A program made the position numbers and the translations under genes. A DNA stretch of 64,000 nt from Camelus ferus. Its lineage: Eukaryota. Shown here piece after piece: positions 1-11,960 of this stretch. A model generated the notes under the pieces. The model was not told where the DNA came from and searched no databases. It worked only from the letters and a program-made list of their open reading frames with translations. Numbering within the stretch: position 1 is the stretch's first letter; every line of letters begins with the position of its first letter. Location of the stretch: positions 57,352,001 through 57,416,000 of the forward strand of contig NC_045697.1 of the NCBI RefSeq assembly GCF_009834535.1, in the 5' to 3' direction.

Positions 1-264
1 CATCTCTGGAGTCTATTAAAATAAATGAGACACTGAAAGATTTTTGTTCCTTGTTAATTTGGGGCAAAGAGGGTGGCATAAAATCAGAAGGACTAACACA
101 ATAGCAGAGAAGACAACGGAAACAAACCGAGAGAAGTGGGAAAACTCCGATGGAGAAGTGGGAACTATATTAAGAGGCCTAAGAAACAGCTTTTTGGCGA
201 GGAAGTATGAGAAACACCTTATTTCTTTCACATAAGCCTCCTTATGTTCAGGATTTGATGTACC

Positions 265-686
265 AGTATGATAGACTGCTAATGGCCATTCATATGCTAT
301 AGCTGTAGTGGGATTTCTTTTCCCACTCCTTGAATGTAGGTGAGCCCTGTGGCTTACTTTGACCCCAGTGTGGCAGAAGTGGCATTATTTGAGGCCTGAG
401 TATAGGCACAAGAGGCCATGCAGCTACTACTCATGTCCTCTTGAAATGCTATTGACAGATAAACAAACTTGTGTTAGAGAATGACAGACCACATGGAAAG
501 CTTGTCCAGCTGAGGCACAAATACAAAGGAAGGCCAACCAATAATAACACATGAATCAGAAACAAGCCATTGCAATGGAGCTCCACCCAAACTATTGGCT
601 CAGAATTATGAGCAAATAAATGCTCGACATTTTAAGTCACTACATTTTGGGGTGCTTTGTGACAGAGTAAAAAGCTAATTGATTCA
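265..686 (+). mobile_element. MaLR solo LTR, old MLT1 type (MLT1F-J-like)
   Basis: Ends with the MLT1-type 3' block AAATAAATG...TTTTAAGTCACTACATTTTGGGGTGCTTTGTGACAGAGTAAAAGCTAATTGATTCA; internal CCCTGTGGCTTACTTTGACC...TGTGGCAGAAGTG block. 5' boundary approximate. Confidence 0.7.
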
Positions 687-854
687 GTAAGCTTTCACTA
701 TTAGTAAAGAAGAAACAAAAGGTAAAAGCAGGAAGATTGAAAGTTTATGTAATAGACAGTGGATGCGCAGATCTAACCTACTTCACATGGTGGAACAGAA
801 ATCTAGGGTTTTATTCTCTAGAGTGAGGAGGCTCTTTGATCTGTGGACACGAGG

Positions 855-1443
855 TGTTGACAAAGAATAGGTTCTTGCTTCACCCAGGAAATAATTCAAG
901 AGCAAGACATAGTAAAGTGAAAGTAAATTTATTTAGAGAGAGACACACTCCAAAGACAAGGTATGGGCCATCTCACTCAGAAGGGAGAGCAGCTTAGAAG
1001 ATACACACCCCATAAGCAGAATGTGGACCATTTCAAAAAGCTAGAGGGAGAGAGACCAAGAGGTGTGGGGTGTTTAGCTTAAAGTAAAAGTAGATATACA
1101 CTCCATAGACAGAGTGCAGGCCACCTCAGAAGGCAAGAGAGACACAAGTTGTGGGGTGGTTAGCTTTTATGAGCTTGATAATTTCGTATGCTAATGAGTA
1201 GGAAGATTATTCCAACTATTTTGGGAAAGGGATGGGAATTTTCAGGAATTGGGTTCCCTTCCCACTTTTGGACTTTTCATAGTTAGCCTAGGAACTGTCA
1301 TGGCACCTGTGGGTACACCATGAGGCTCAGGGTCTACTGGAAGTCGGATCTTCTGCCATCTTGGTTTTAACCAGTTTGTCCTGTCCTCAATTGCTGTGTC
1401 ATTCCTTTGGTGATTATGCCCTGCCCTGTTCCCTCCTGTCTCA
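855..1443 (-). mobile_element. ERV1 solo LTR, MER41-like
   Basis: Minus strand begins TGAGACAGGAGGG and ends ...GCAAGAACCTATTCTTTGTCAACA, with a minus-strand AATAAA near 929-934. Flanks GAGG (851-854) and CAGG (1444-1447) look like a 4-bp TSD with one mismatch. 1201-1320 resembles the MER41 block as I recall it. Confidence 0.75.
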
Positions 1444-1944
1444 CAGGAACAATCAAAGATAATAGGGACAATACTAACATATGATTATTCAGAGAAAGGT
1501 GATTAATGAAAAGACTTGGAGCAATTTTATGCATTTCTCTCTCAAACTCTGTCAGTCAGGCCTTTGCCCATTACTGAGAAGATCATAAGAACATTCACTG
1601 GAGAATATGACCAACTCAAGAGAAAGATCTTAAAAATACTACCATTATGATATGTAGGTATAATTACAATTTTGTTCAACAAATAATCCCCTTATCACTA
1701 GAAGCCATACTACCATCACCATTCCTGGTCTCTATGGGAGAAGCCCACTTCTCCTACCCACCCTCTACTGATGCTGAATTTGCCAAGGAACTTAAGTGAT
1801 GTAGGCTACTATTTCATTTGTTTACCATGGCGACAATAACTGATACAAAGTGTTCTGTGAGATTTGGGCCTAGACACATCATCCTAGAATGAGATAAAAA
1901 TGAGTAGCAGTATAAACACTGGGTATCAACTGTATTGATACCAG

Positions 1945-2320
1945 GGACTAAGAAGGACACTTTTTGAAGAAATGCTGTATCTCCAAATTTCTTGACGTCA
2001 CAAAGTATGTCATTGAATGGAAAAAAAATTGGACATTAAAAATGCTGAACCAGAAAGAGTTTCTGAGGAATACAGCTCTGAATATGAAAAAGTTTTAGGA
2101 ATGTCTTGTTTATTTGCCTATGAATATATGCACAAGAGTAAATAAATGATTAAACATATCTAAGTATGTAAGATCCTCTTTTTTAAAGTATAATATAAAA
2201 TGCTGCTTAAGTGATGAGAAAGCAGTATGTCATAGTTTAACTGTAAGATTTTTTTCTTAGTACTACATAGACTAATAGACTTTCTTATAATTAATGATGT
2301 CTTAAATTTAATAAAATTAA
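1945..2320 (+). mobile_element. TcMar-Tc2 (Kanga/MER104-like) DNA transposon fragment
   Basis: TTTTGAAGAAATGCTGTATCTCCAAATTTCTTGAC encodes an FxKCCI-like transposase C-terminus; ends in TIR-like GATGTCTTAAATTTAATAAAAT. Confidence 0.55.
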
Positions 2321-2379
2321 TTCCAAGATATGTCAGATAATGATAAGTGCTAGAAAGAAAAAAATACAATTAGGCAAGG

Positions 2380-2990
2380 CAGATAGATGAGCAGAAAATA
2401 GGAATTACTACTTTATACAGAGTGATGTGAAAAAACTTCTCTGATACTATGGTTTTTGAGCAGTGACTTGAGGTGTGTAAGAAAGAATTATTTCAAGAAG
2501 ACTGATCAAAAGCTTTTGGAACAGGATTGTGAATGGTCTGCTGGATGCAGAGAAATGAAGCTTTGAAGAGAGTAATTGCAGAGAATATTATAAGAGAAGA
2601 GGTCAGAGAATTAGTGGGATAGAGTTATTTAGTAATTTATGGGCAATTTACTAATCTTTGAGTTGAAGAGTGGCTTGATCTGACATTCTAAATGGATCTC
2701 TCTGGCTACTGAGTCATGAATAGGCTCTAGAGGAACAAGGGTAAGGTCATGAAGACCAGTTGGAAGGTGATTGCAGTATTCCAAACAAGAGATCATGATG
2801 GCTAGGATCAGAGAAATAATGGGTCAGAAAGTAGTTATATTTTAAAATTGAAATGAAAGGCTTTGCTGACTATTGGTTGTAGGATATGTGAGAAAGAGAA
2901 GAAATAAGGAAAACTCCAAAGTTTTGGCCAAACAGCTAGACCAGAATACATTGTGATGTAATGAAATTGAGGTGGGAAATTAAGACTTCC
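2380..2990 (-). mobile_element. LINE-2 fragment
   Basis: Purine-rich antisense L2 blocks, e.g. TGATCTGACATTCTAAATGGATCTCTCTGGCT and GACCAGTTGGAAGGTGATTGCAGTATTCCAAACAAGAGATCATGATGGC. Confidence 0.7.
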
Positions 2991-5139
2991 ATTTTTCACT
3001 TTCTTAATTATGAGCCGTTTTAAAAGGTGAAGTGAGTTTCCTGGAAATAATATTATTGTATATTTTTGTGGACTAGACAGTTAAGAGTCAAATCTTTTAA
3101 CAAGTTATATAAGTTGGTTTATAAGTCTCAACTCTCATAAAGACACAGACATAGAGATACACAGACACGTGTATGCACACATACATACACACATATATTG
3201 AGGTCAAAATTTAAATATAGGGCTCTACATTTGGATGTACATCCAATTGTCAAGTCATTAGCTTAGGTGAGAACGTTTTATTAAAGACCAGTGCTTCCCA
3301 GAATCTCAGTTTTCTGGAATACTAAGGGCACCAGATGGTCTTACAACTTGGCTGCACGGTGAAATGATGTGTTCAGAAGATGGGCTGGCATAGTGTGTAA
3401 GAACAGAATGAAAGTCAAAGGGAAATGCCTGGCTCACTTATTCATGATCAAGTTCTCTGGGGAAAATAAATGCACATAATTTCAGGCTCCCATCTCCATC
3501 TATGGCACATTTCTTTGTCCAGTCACTCAATCTGGATAAAACCTCCCAAATTTCTAAACATAAGTGAATTACTGAATTTCTTTTTTCACATGAGAGAAGA
3601 TTGTTTACTAGGGTATTTTGCATTGGGATTCCACCTTAAAGATGAAATGGCTGATTCATGATTCTGTTGACAACTCTTATAAGTGAACTTCTGGGTTACA
3701 TATTTTTCCTCTTGTTGCTAAAATAAAAGGTTCAATTAAGACTGAATTGAAAAATTACTGGAACATTCCATTTGGTGTACAAGTTTATTTATATAATCAA
3801 AAAATCAGAAGAAATATTTTTATATAAATTTCTGGGCAGGAATTTTAATATCTGTGAAGTATCCATGCAAACATACTTGAAAATATAGGTTGTATTATTC
3901 TCTTTACTTTGAGATAAATGAGATGGCTTTCCTTCCTTCTCCAAATCTTCGGTTTTACTGCTAGAGACTATTATCAGGACACCTATTAAGTTAAAAAAAG
4001 CCATTGCCAGGCACAGTGACTGTGGCAAAGGAAACTTAAATTTGTTAAGCTGAGCTTACTGAATAGAATACAATATAACTGAAATAACTGAATGCAAATT
4101 GATTTTTATTTTTCAAATTAATGATATATTTAGATATGACATTATTTAACAATATATAAACGTGTTATCAATTTTGACATAGAAAAATGATGCTATAAAA
4201 TTTTAACTGCTGAATTGTTACTACCTTAGATTTACCTTAAATCCTCTGAATGTTCTTGAATATGGAATTTGACTCAGTTGTTTTCATCTTTTAGAAAGAA
4301 AAAAAATCAAGCTTTATAGGCCACCTTCTTGTGTTAGCATAAGACAGATTCCACAGCTCACCAGTACTGAAAACTAGAAAATAATTATAGAGCTGTGCTT
4401 GACTGCTGATTGACAGGGAAGCATTATACCACACACTGCCCCTCAAATCAGGTACTTAATTATCTGGAATCTAGGATCTTATTTATCCAGAGTCTCTTGT
4501 TCATGGGCAACAAGGTTAGATTGACCACCAATAAGAAGTAAATGAATGGTAGAAGAAAAGGATTGTTCTCTGGTGGCAGGCAAACCCATGGGTGTAGGGT
4601 AGACCTTAGATGTGTGATGGCTTCTGGGAGACCTCCTGTGTCTTATCCATTTTGGAACTATAAGCAGCTGAGATTTCTGCCCTTCAGAGTTTTTAAAACC
4701 AGTAAAAGGTTTCACTGACTTTGACTTTAACAGTCCTTCTGAAAGTTTGTAAGCCTCTAATTTTCAGTATCCAATTGTTTTCCTCTTGAAACACCCATAG
4801 TGGTTTTATGTGGCTGACTCAACCCAGAATGATGGAGAGGCAACAGCTCTGTATAGAGATAAAGATTTTGTTTTTCCTGAAATGCTTTTGTGCATGGAAA
4901 ATAAAGAAATAAACAAGCAAACAAAGCTGGTTGTCTTAAACACACTATTGGTTAGGCATACTTCTACCAAATTCCTTAAAATAGATGCCTTCAGCCAAGA
5001 TATCTCTTCAAAGTTTTATACTACTTTTTCTAACTGAATAGGTCACATCTAACTTTGTATTTTAGCAGCTTCCATCTTTCCAGTAAATTGACCAAAAACC
5101 ATTTGACTTTTCTCCGTTCTTCTTATTTTACCTAACTCT

Positions 5140-5645
5140 ACATTACTTCCCACATAATATCAGAGTGGTTAGGTTAATGCCATGAAAAAATACAAATGAT
5201 CTGCTACCCAGTATTTTCATGCCAAAATTCCAAATCCAAATACAGAATCTAAGGCTCTTAATGATTGGCTTCTGTTTCTTTTTTAAGACTCATTTTTCAC
5301 CATCAGCTGTCTTGAATTTTGTATTTCAAACTTCTTCATTTATATGTTGTTCTATATGGAATAAACTCTCAACTTGATAAACTCTCGTATTCCCTCTGCT
5401 CCTGGTTAATTTGTATTAAGCCATTTCCTTAAAAATGTCCCTTGTAGGTTCAAAAATGTTAAGGGTCCTACTAGTCTGCTTCTCTAACGTCAGGACCTAT
5501 TTCATTAAAACACAAGGCATCCTGTGTCTGTGTCTGCTTCACTCATTAGCCTGTAGTGTGCTTAACTGCAGGGATCTTCTCCTGTTTGCTCTCTAGTACC
5601 TAGCAGGTGCTTGAAATATAGTAGGCACAAAGTATAAATTCAATA
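5140..5645 (+). mobile_element. LINE-2 3' end
   Basis: Terminal CTAGTACCTAGCAGGTGCTTGAAATATAGTAGGCACAAAGTATAAAT matches the L2/MIR 3' tail pattern. Confidence 0.55.
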
Positions 5646-7799
5646 CAAAGAAAAGTAACTTTCATACACAATCACTTTCAGCACTATGATTTTTAACACT
5701 AGCGTTTTTATTGTGATTTTACATACATAACTTGATTTTAAAATTTAATCTAAATTTCCATCGTTTAATTAAGAATTACAAAACCCCACTTTCCCTTAAC
5801 CACCACATTTTGAATGGTCACTCTTTAACTCCTTCATAACAATTTGCCAAAACTCTCCACAGGACAGTTTTCTTCAGCATTTCATATTGGTTAGTATTTG
5901 GATTTTTTCTGCCTGTCATTCATTCCAACTTTGGAATTCTAATTTCATTTGAAATATTTATCACAGCTAATGTATTTGTATTGCTGTAATTGAAGGAGTG
6001 GGTGTTTTGTACACTAAATTCTTGAAAGCAAAAGTTGAATAAATTTAGACATGTTTTTCAGGAGGGAGATTGAAACTGATACACTTCTATTATTCTAAGC
6101 ATGAGAGTTATTTTTGTTTTGTTTATTAACTATTTTATCATATTTTATCTTGTGTTATGCAGATAAGTAAGGGTTTTCTGAGTAATTCAAAATCCTAACT
6201 TGACAGTGTACATTTTTAAGAAAACAAATGTTTATAGGGAGGCAATACACATTTGAATAAACCAATGTAATATGAATATATCTGTTTCTTAAGAACTAAA
6301 ATATATATTTAATGAAAAATTGTGTTTCTCTCATATCTTTTCTACCAGAAAGAGTAGGTTGTTAATCCAGTAAAAATATATTATCTCCAAGGGTTAATGT
6401 TTCATCTTTATAGGCAAAGAAAACACTAAGAATTCTCATGGTGTTTTATTTTTCACAAAATTTAAGGACTATGTTTGAAGTTTAAGACTTTTAATACTTT
6501 AAGAAAATAATTTATTCTAGGTTCTCGGTCATCTAAGGAATATAGTTAATATTTTTATGTTCAGCCATAATAAGATACCACACATTTCTAAGAATCCAAT
6601 TAATGAAGTTTCTCTTAAGAGACTGAGTAAACAGTGTACAAAATTACCAATTACAACTATTCAAACCTAGAATCACTGCCACGTTTATTTTATCATACAG
6701 CAAAACACTTCTATAAGGCTAATCATCAAATTTTTTAATGTTTATATTGTTTTCTTTATGTTTATCTTCGACACATAAGTTTCTTATGCTGATTAGATTA
6801 AGCTTCAAAAATCAGTGAGATGACTGTGTTAAACTAAGTATATAATATTTATTTTTCTGCTTGTACTTAGCATATTTTAGATATGTGAAATAAAGGAATT
6901 TGTTGAATATATTCTGAGATTTTGTTCAATAAAGTACAATGTACATTCTTGCATAAGTATAAAAATTGGAGTAATACAATGCTTCTAAATAAATTTTGTA
7001 TAATATAAACATTTAAAAATATTCAGATTGGCCTCCTGCTGTCATAGTCACCAATAAATGATTCAGGAGCTTACATTATTTTAGCACCTGTTTTCTCTGG
7101 ATTTTAGAAATGTTTTAACTCGCTGTTGGACTTTAAGAAAAACTCTGTGAGGAATCAGAAAGAAAATAATTATTTTTATCTGATATATATTAAAATATTG
7201 AGTTAAGTAATTTCTTTTACTTTTACAATGTTCTTAATGATAGTTAACAATGACAGCATTAATTATTGGTGCTTGATTCTATGGTTGTAATAACAATAAT
7301 CAGTTGTCTCTATATACCTCAAACTTGTTTATATGCTAGTAGAAATTATCTAGTGTTTTTGAAGGTACTGAGGCAGTGAACTCTATTTTTAGATGGGTAA
7401 ATACAGAGCCTTTAATTTAAGTGATTTTCGTTCCTCAAAATTTAGATTAGGTTGACTCAAATCTATGTAAAAGACATTCTCAGATTCAATATACTAAGGC
7501 AATCTAACTATTTATTTTAACTATTTCTATATTAAAAAAAGAAATTAGAGCCACATGGAATGTAAAACAAATCACTAATGCCTTTAATGTTTTATATAAA
7601 TAATTACTAATGCTCTATTTGCATTTAGCAAAAAACCAAGGAAAGCAGAGTATTTAAATAAATTAGTCTTCAGAGAGCTTTAAAGTACTTCAGTTTGAAC
7701 ACAGTTTCTTATATTTAAACAAACTTAAAAACTTTAGATGCTATTACAACTTATATGGAGACAAAACTATTTTTCTGTGTTTAATTTATACACTATAAA

Positions 7800-8285
7800 A
7801 AACTCTTTATTCTTATATGTTAGATATGTTTTTTGTAAATGACATATTTGAGCTCTTTTAATTTTGTCTGACAATCTTTATTTTTCCAAGGAATCTTTCA
7901 AGCTATTTACGATGTCATTGCTCACATAGTCATATTTTTAACTACTGTCTTTGTTTTTGTTGTTTTTGCTCTGTTTTGGAGAGTGGTGGGTCACTTTTCA
8001 CTATTTTTTTTTCTTTTTTGCTATCAGTTTGGAAGTTATATATTCTTATTATTCTTTTATTAATTCATCTGATAAATGTAATATATTAATTACTTAGGTT
8101 TGACATTATTAGCTGCATTTTCCTTCTGAACAGGAAAATGACTCTAGAGCATTTTAAGTAAATTTCTCACTTTTCTACTTACATGTAAAATGTTATCATA
8201 TATTACTTTTGTATAATCATTTTTAGACTTCATGAGAATTTTTAATATATGCTTAATATTTATTTACATTCTTCCTCATATTTAC
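7800..8285 (-). mobile_element. Old L1M fragment (antisense)
   Basis: T-rich sequence with GTCTGACAATCTTTATTTTT-type L1M antisense blocks; highly diverged. Confidence 0.4.
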
Positions 8286-8299
8286 CAGAATAAAGATGA

Positions 8300-9845
8300 A
8301 GGCATCCTCTATTCTAGGTGATAAATGTTTTCCTAACAGTAGTGTAGTTTATCAATCCTGTAACTACTTTCCTTATACTGCATTTGAATGAATACATTGT
8401 AGATAATCAGAACTAGGTTTATCACTGTCAGGGAAAAAAATAACAAATAAGCAAGTGGAGGGATGCAATACTAGAATGAACTCTGTGACAAATTCTGTGG
8501 TGCTAGGTTGAAGTCAGATAATGATTTGAAGTCATAGGCATTTAAATAAATACATGGATAGATGTATATATATAAATGCTGAGGTATGTATATAGATATG
8601 TATATACACATTATTTGGTATCCATGCATGCACTGACTAGTTCTGTCATCTGGTAAGGCTTAAAAGTAGTAATTATCAAACCTAGTGCCCAGACTTAGAT
8701 TTCAAAATACCATTCTCCAATCAAAGGAACCAGGTTCTCTGGGTAACTGATTTATTCTAGGGCCAAAACATGGAAAATACAAGATGAGTCTAGAGCATTT
8801 CAGCGTGTCAGAAAGTAAAAAAATGCTAAAAGAAGAAGGAGAAAGAGGAAAAAAGAAGAAGGAAGAGAATGGAGATTGGAATTTCCAAAGAACGTAGCAG
8901 CTAAATGGAAAAAGATCTCAGCTCCCAGTACAATACAGTACAATAGTATTACATTATAAACCAAAAAATAAAATAAGCATCCATGACTCCATATGGGTAT
9001 TAATAAGTGAATAAATGAATGGAAATTAATTGATAAATCTTCCTTACAGAAGAATTCCAATTAATAACTGGAGAAAGAATAAAGGAAATAAGGGAGAAAT
9101 CACCATTAGAAACCCACATTAATGCTTCTACTAAGATCCAACTATAAATGAAAAAAAATAGCAAAACCTTGAAGAAAAATAGATATTTGTAAAACCTCAG
9201 CATATCCTTTCTTCCTCCAAATATATTAATTCTGCTGGTGGTTTTAACACATTTCAACAAGTTGTTTGATACTCTTCCCTCAGGCAGATATAGCTGAATG
9301 ACTTTATTTCATGTTGGACTTAGTGAATCACCAGTAATAAACATATTTATGATAATATGTACCCTCTACCATGATATGATGAGAGCACATCACCTCTATG
9401 GTGGTCTTCCCAAATTACATGACTGCAGTTTAATCATAAGTTAACACAAGACAGATCCATCTCAATGACTCTCTATCCTCAAATGAATTTGTTTTATGTT
9501 TACTTATTTGGTACATGTAACAAGTGTCAAGTTATGAATACAAAAAAGGAAAGAAGGCAGAACTGTCAGAGTTTGGAGAAGATGAAGACTTAAAATTTTA
9601 ATGCAGTGTAATAGCCTGGATTGGATTATGAAACAGAAAAAGGAAATTTGTTTAAAAAAAAGTAAACTGGGGAAATCTGAATAAAATAGTTAATTTATTT
9701 AATTGTAATTACAGTTGGTAATTACACAAGGCTTATGTAAAATGATAACCTTAGGGACAGCTGGGTGAGGATGCACACCCAGGCATGTGCTATCTTTACA
9801 ACTCTCTTGAAGTCTAAATGTATTTCTAGAAAAGTTGTAAAGAAA
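8300..9845 (+). mobile_element. Old L1 (L1MC/L1MD-type) 3' UTR
   Basis: Blocks AAATACCATTCTCCAATCAAAGGAACCAGG, GGAAAATACAAGATGAGTCTAGAGCAT and CTGGATTGGATTATGAAACAGAAAAAGGA; terminal CTATCTTTACAACTCTCTTGAAGTCTAAATGTATTTC. Confidence 0.75.
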
Positions 9846-10199
9846 AGTAGAATAGATTACTAAAGCAAAATCCTATTCTTTCAAAAGGACAAAACATAAT
9901 TTGGCATGTTCAGTGAATAAAATTAAAGGATACTGTATTAGGCATAAGAGAAAATCCATAAATACAAAGGTTTGGGATAATTTTAAACCATACAGTACTT
10001 CTATGTACAAATTGATTTTGATTTATTTATCAATGAATTAATGTTAATAAGTTAAGAATAAAGAGAAAAAGATTAGGTAACAAGACAAGGACTAAATATC
10101 TCCAAGTAATTTTTCAGGATTGTGATTCTATTCTATTCAATAAAGATGATTTTTTTTTAGCTTTCTTATCCTTATGGAAATATTAGTACACATTACAAC

Positions 10200-10590
10200 A
10201 CACTTTTTGTTTATTTTATTTTGTGAAACTTCTTTCACTAATTCCTTTTTCTATATTATTTTCTACTTTTCTTTCTTGTTTACTGCTTTTTTCCCTCCTT
10301 CAACACCTATCTTTTTCTGTTTTTATTTGCCTTCCTCTTCCTTTTTCTCCTTCATTTTCCCTTCCTCCACTCCCCACTCTTCTTTCTTTTGTTTTTTCTC
10401 CTGCTTAACTTTCTTGTATTCCTTTTTATACTGTCTACTCTTTTTGTACTTTCCCCTCCTTTTCATTTTCCACTTTCTTTTTTTGGTCCTCTTTTATTTT
10501 TTTCTTTCTGCATCTCTTTATCTTCCTCTTCCATGTCCTCTTTCTTGTTTTCTTCTACCACTTCTTGTTTCTCTGCTTTTTCTTTTATGT
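10200..10590. repeat. Pyrimidine-rich (C/T) low-complexity tract
   Basis: About 390 nt dominated by T and C with no clean period; it produces the F/L/S-rich spurious ORFs at 10174-10617. Confidence 0.9.
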
Positions 10591-10764
10591 CATCCTAATT
10601 TTAGTGGGCTAAAATAAACTGAGAAAGTCTGTGTCACATTAGCGTATATGGTACCTTTTTAGGATCAACTGCTGTGCATCTCTAAATATTTTTTTATTTA
10701 TCACCAAGATCAAAACCTGATTGTAAGGGGGAAAAGAGATCTGGTTGATTAATTATTTGACTTT

Positions 10765-10780
10765 AAAAATTTTGAATACA
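10765..10780 (+). repeat. 5' target-site duplication of the L1 derivative
   Basis: AAAAATTTTGAATACA, preceded by CTTT (TT/AAAA L1 endonuclease site); matches 13668-13683 at 15 of 16 positions. Confidence 0.9.
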
Positions 10781-11960
10781 GCCAGAGAAGCAAGATGGCA
10801 GTGTAGAAGGACGCTCATAGCTCACCATCTCCCACAAATACACCAAAACTCACATCTACGGACCCACTCAGCCAACCAGAGCACCTGCCGAACTCTGACA
10901 GAACATCACCCTCTTTGAAAGACAGAGGCCAAAAATCTGGTAGAAGAAAAAGCAAAACAGTATGGGACCTGTCCCGTGGGAAGGGAGCAGCAAAGGAGGA
11001 ATAGTGCTCGTTAGCTGGGTCTCCCCCCTCCAACAGAGAGGCCAACAGAACGGAGGGGGAGCCTCTGAGGCTCAGATCTGCCCCTGAGCACCCCTTGACC
11101 AACAGAACTAAGTTAAATGGGCATAGAGGGTCCCTGCAACACCCAGCCCAATACGTTAGCTGGCAGCCGGGGGCTGGAACAAGCTGCCCGAGCCAGGCGG
11201 AGGACTGGGGCAGCTGCACTGAGGCAGCCCCAGGGGACTACAGGGTGCTGCGTGCCGTGGCTGGGAGGGGATATGGAGCAGAACAACCTCGGTCCCCCAT
11301 AAATTGCAAAAAAAGCAAAACAACATGGCTAGTGTGCCCTGGGTGCCATAGCCTTTGTCTCCTCAGACCTGCACCGCCATTACTGGCACTTCTCACGAGA
11401 AGAGAGGTGAGGTGCAGCCACAGCTGCCATATCGTCCTGTGCAAAGCGCCCAGGCAGGGGCCAGGCTGAGCCCTGAATCTGCACCTGGGGCTCTGCAACC
11501 TCCTACGCAGACTGAGACTTGTTTACAGCCCAAGGCAGGTAGGATTTTTCTGCCCTGGGATCTCAGAGAACTTGCGCTACCAAGACAAATAAGGAGCTGA
11601 GATTTGGCACAGAGCAGGGGCGGGGCTGTTCTGTGGTCTTCCCTGAGCCTGCCTTTGGAGCGCCGATCTGAGGTGGAGCAGGCAGCTGCACAGAGCAGCG
11701 GAGCGATCGGTGCTGGGAGAGGGTGGGCAGCAACCCACCTTCCTGGCAGGAACGCAGCACCTGACCATGGTGCTGGGAGGGGACACAATCTGCCCACCTG
11801 CCTTGCCCTAGTGCAGCATCTGACTGCGGCATCAGGAGGGGAAGTTACCTGTCCGCCCACCAGTTTTATTCCTGCATAGGCTTCAGATGGATAAATAAAA
11901 AAACTCCTTAAGGACCACAATAGATAACTGATACTCCTTAAGCCACTGTGCCAGAGAGAT
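10781..11960 (+). promoter_or_regulatory. L1 5' UTR internal Pol II promoter with YY1-type motif
   Basis: The only extended GC/CpG-rich segment in the window; CAAGATGGC at 10791-10799 sits at the position typical of the L1 YY1 site. Confidence 0.75.
11695..11861 (+). repeat. Degenerate 59-bp tandem repeat (about 2.8 copies) in the L1 5' UTR
   Basis: Units start GCAGC at 11695, 11754 and 11813; each carries a (GGTGCT)GGGAGGGG-like block and CCCACC. Confidence 0.75.

Noticed and set aside
935..1168. Spaced repeats as a CRISPR-like array
   Set aside because: Units are diverged and unevenly spaced, lie inside a mammalian LTR, and no cas genes are present.
1922..1942. 8-bp hairpin GGTATCAA-CTGTA-TTGATACC
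   Set aside because: Too short to exceed chance; no supporting context.
10174..10617. 147-aa F/L/S-rich ORF resembling a membrane protein, plus overlapping ORFs
   Set aside because: Produced by the C/T low-complexity tract, which lacks stop codons by composition.
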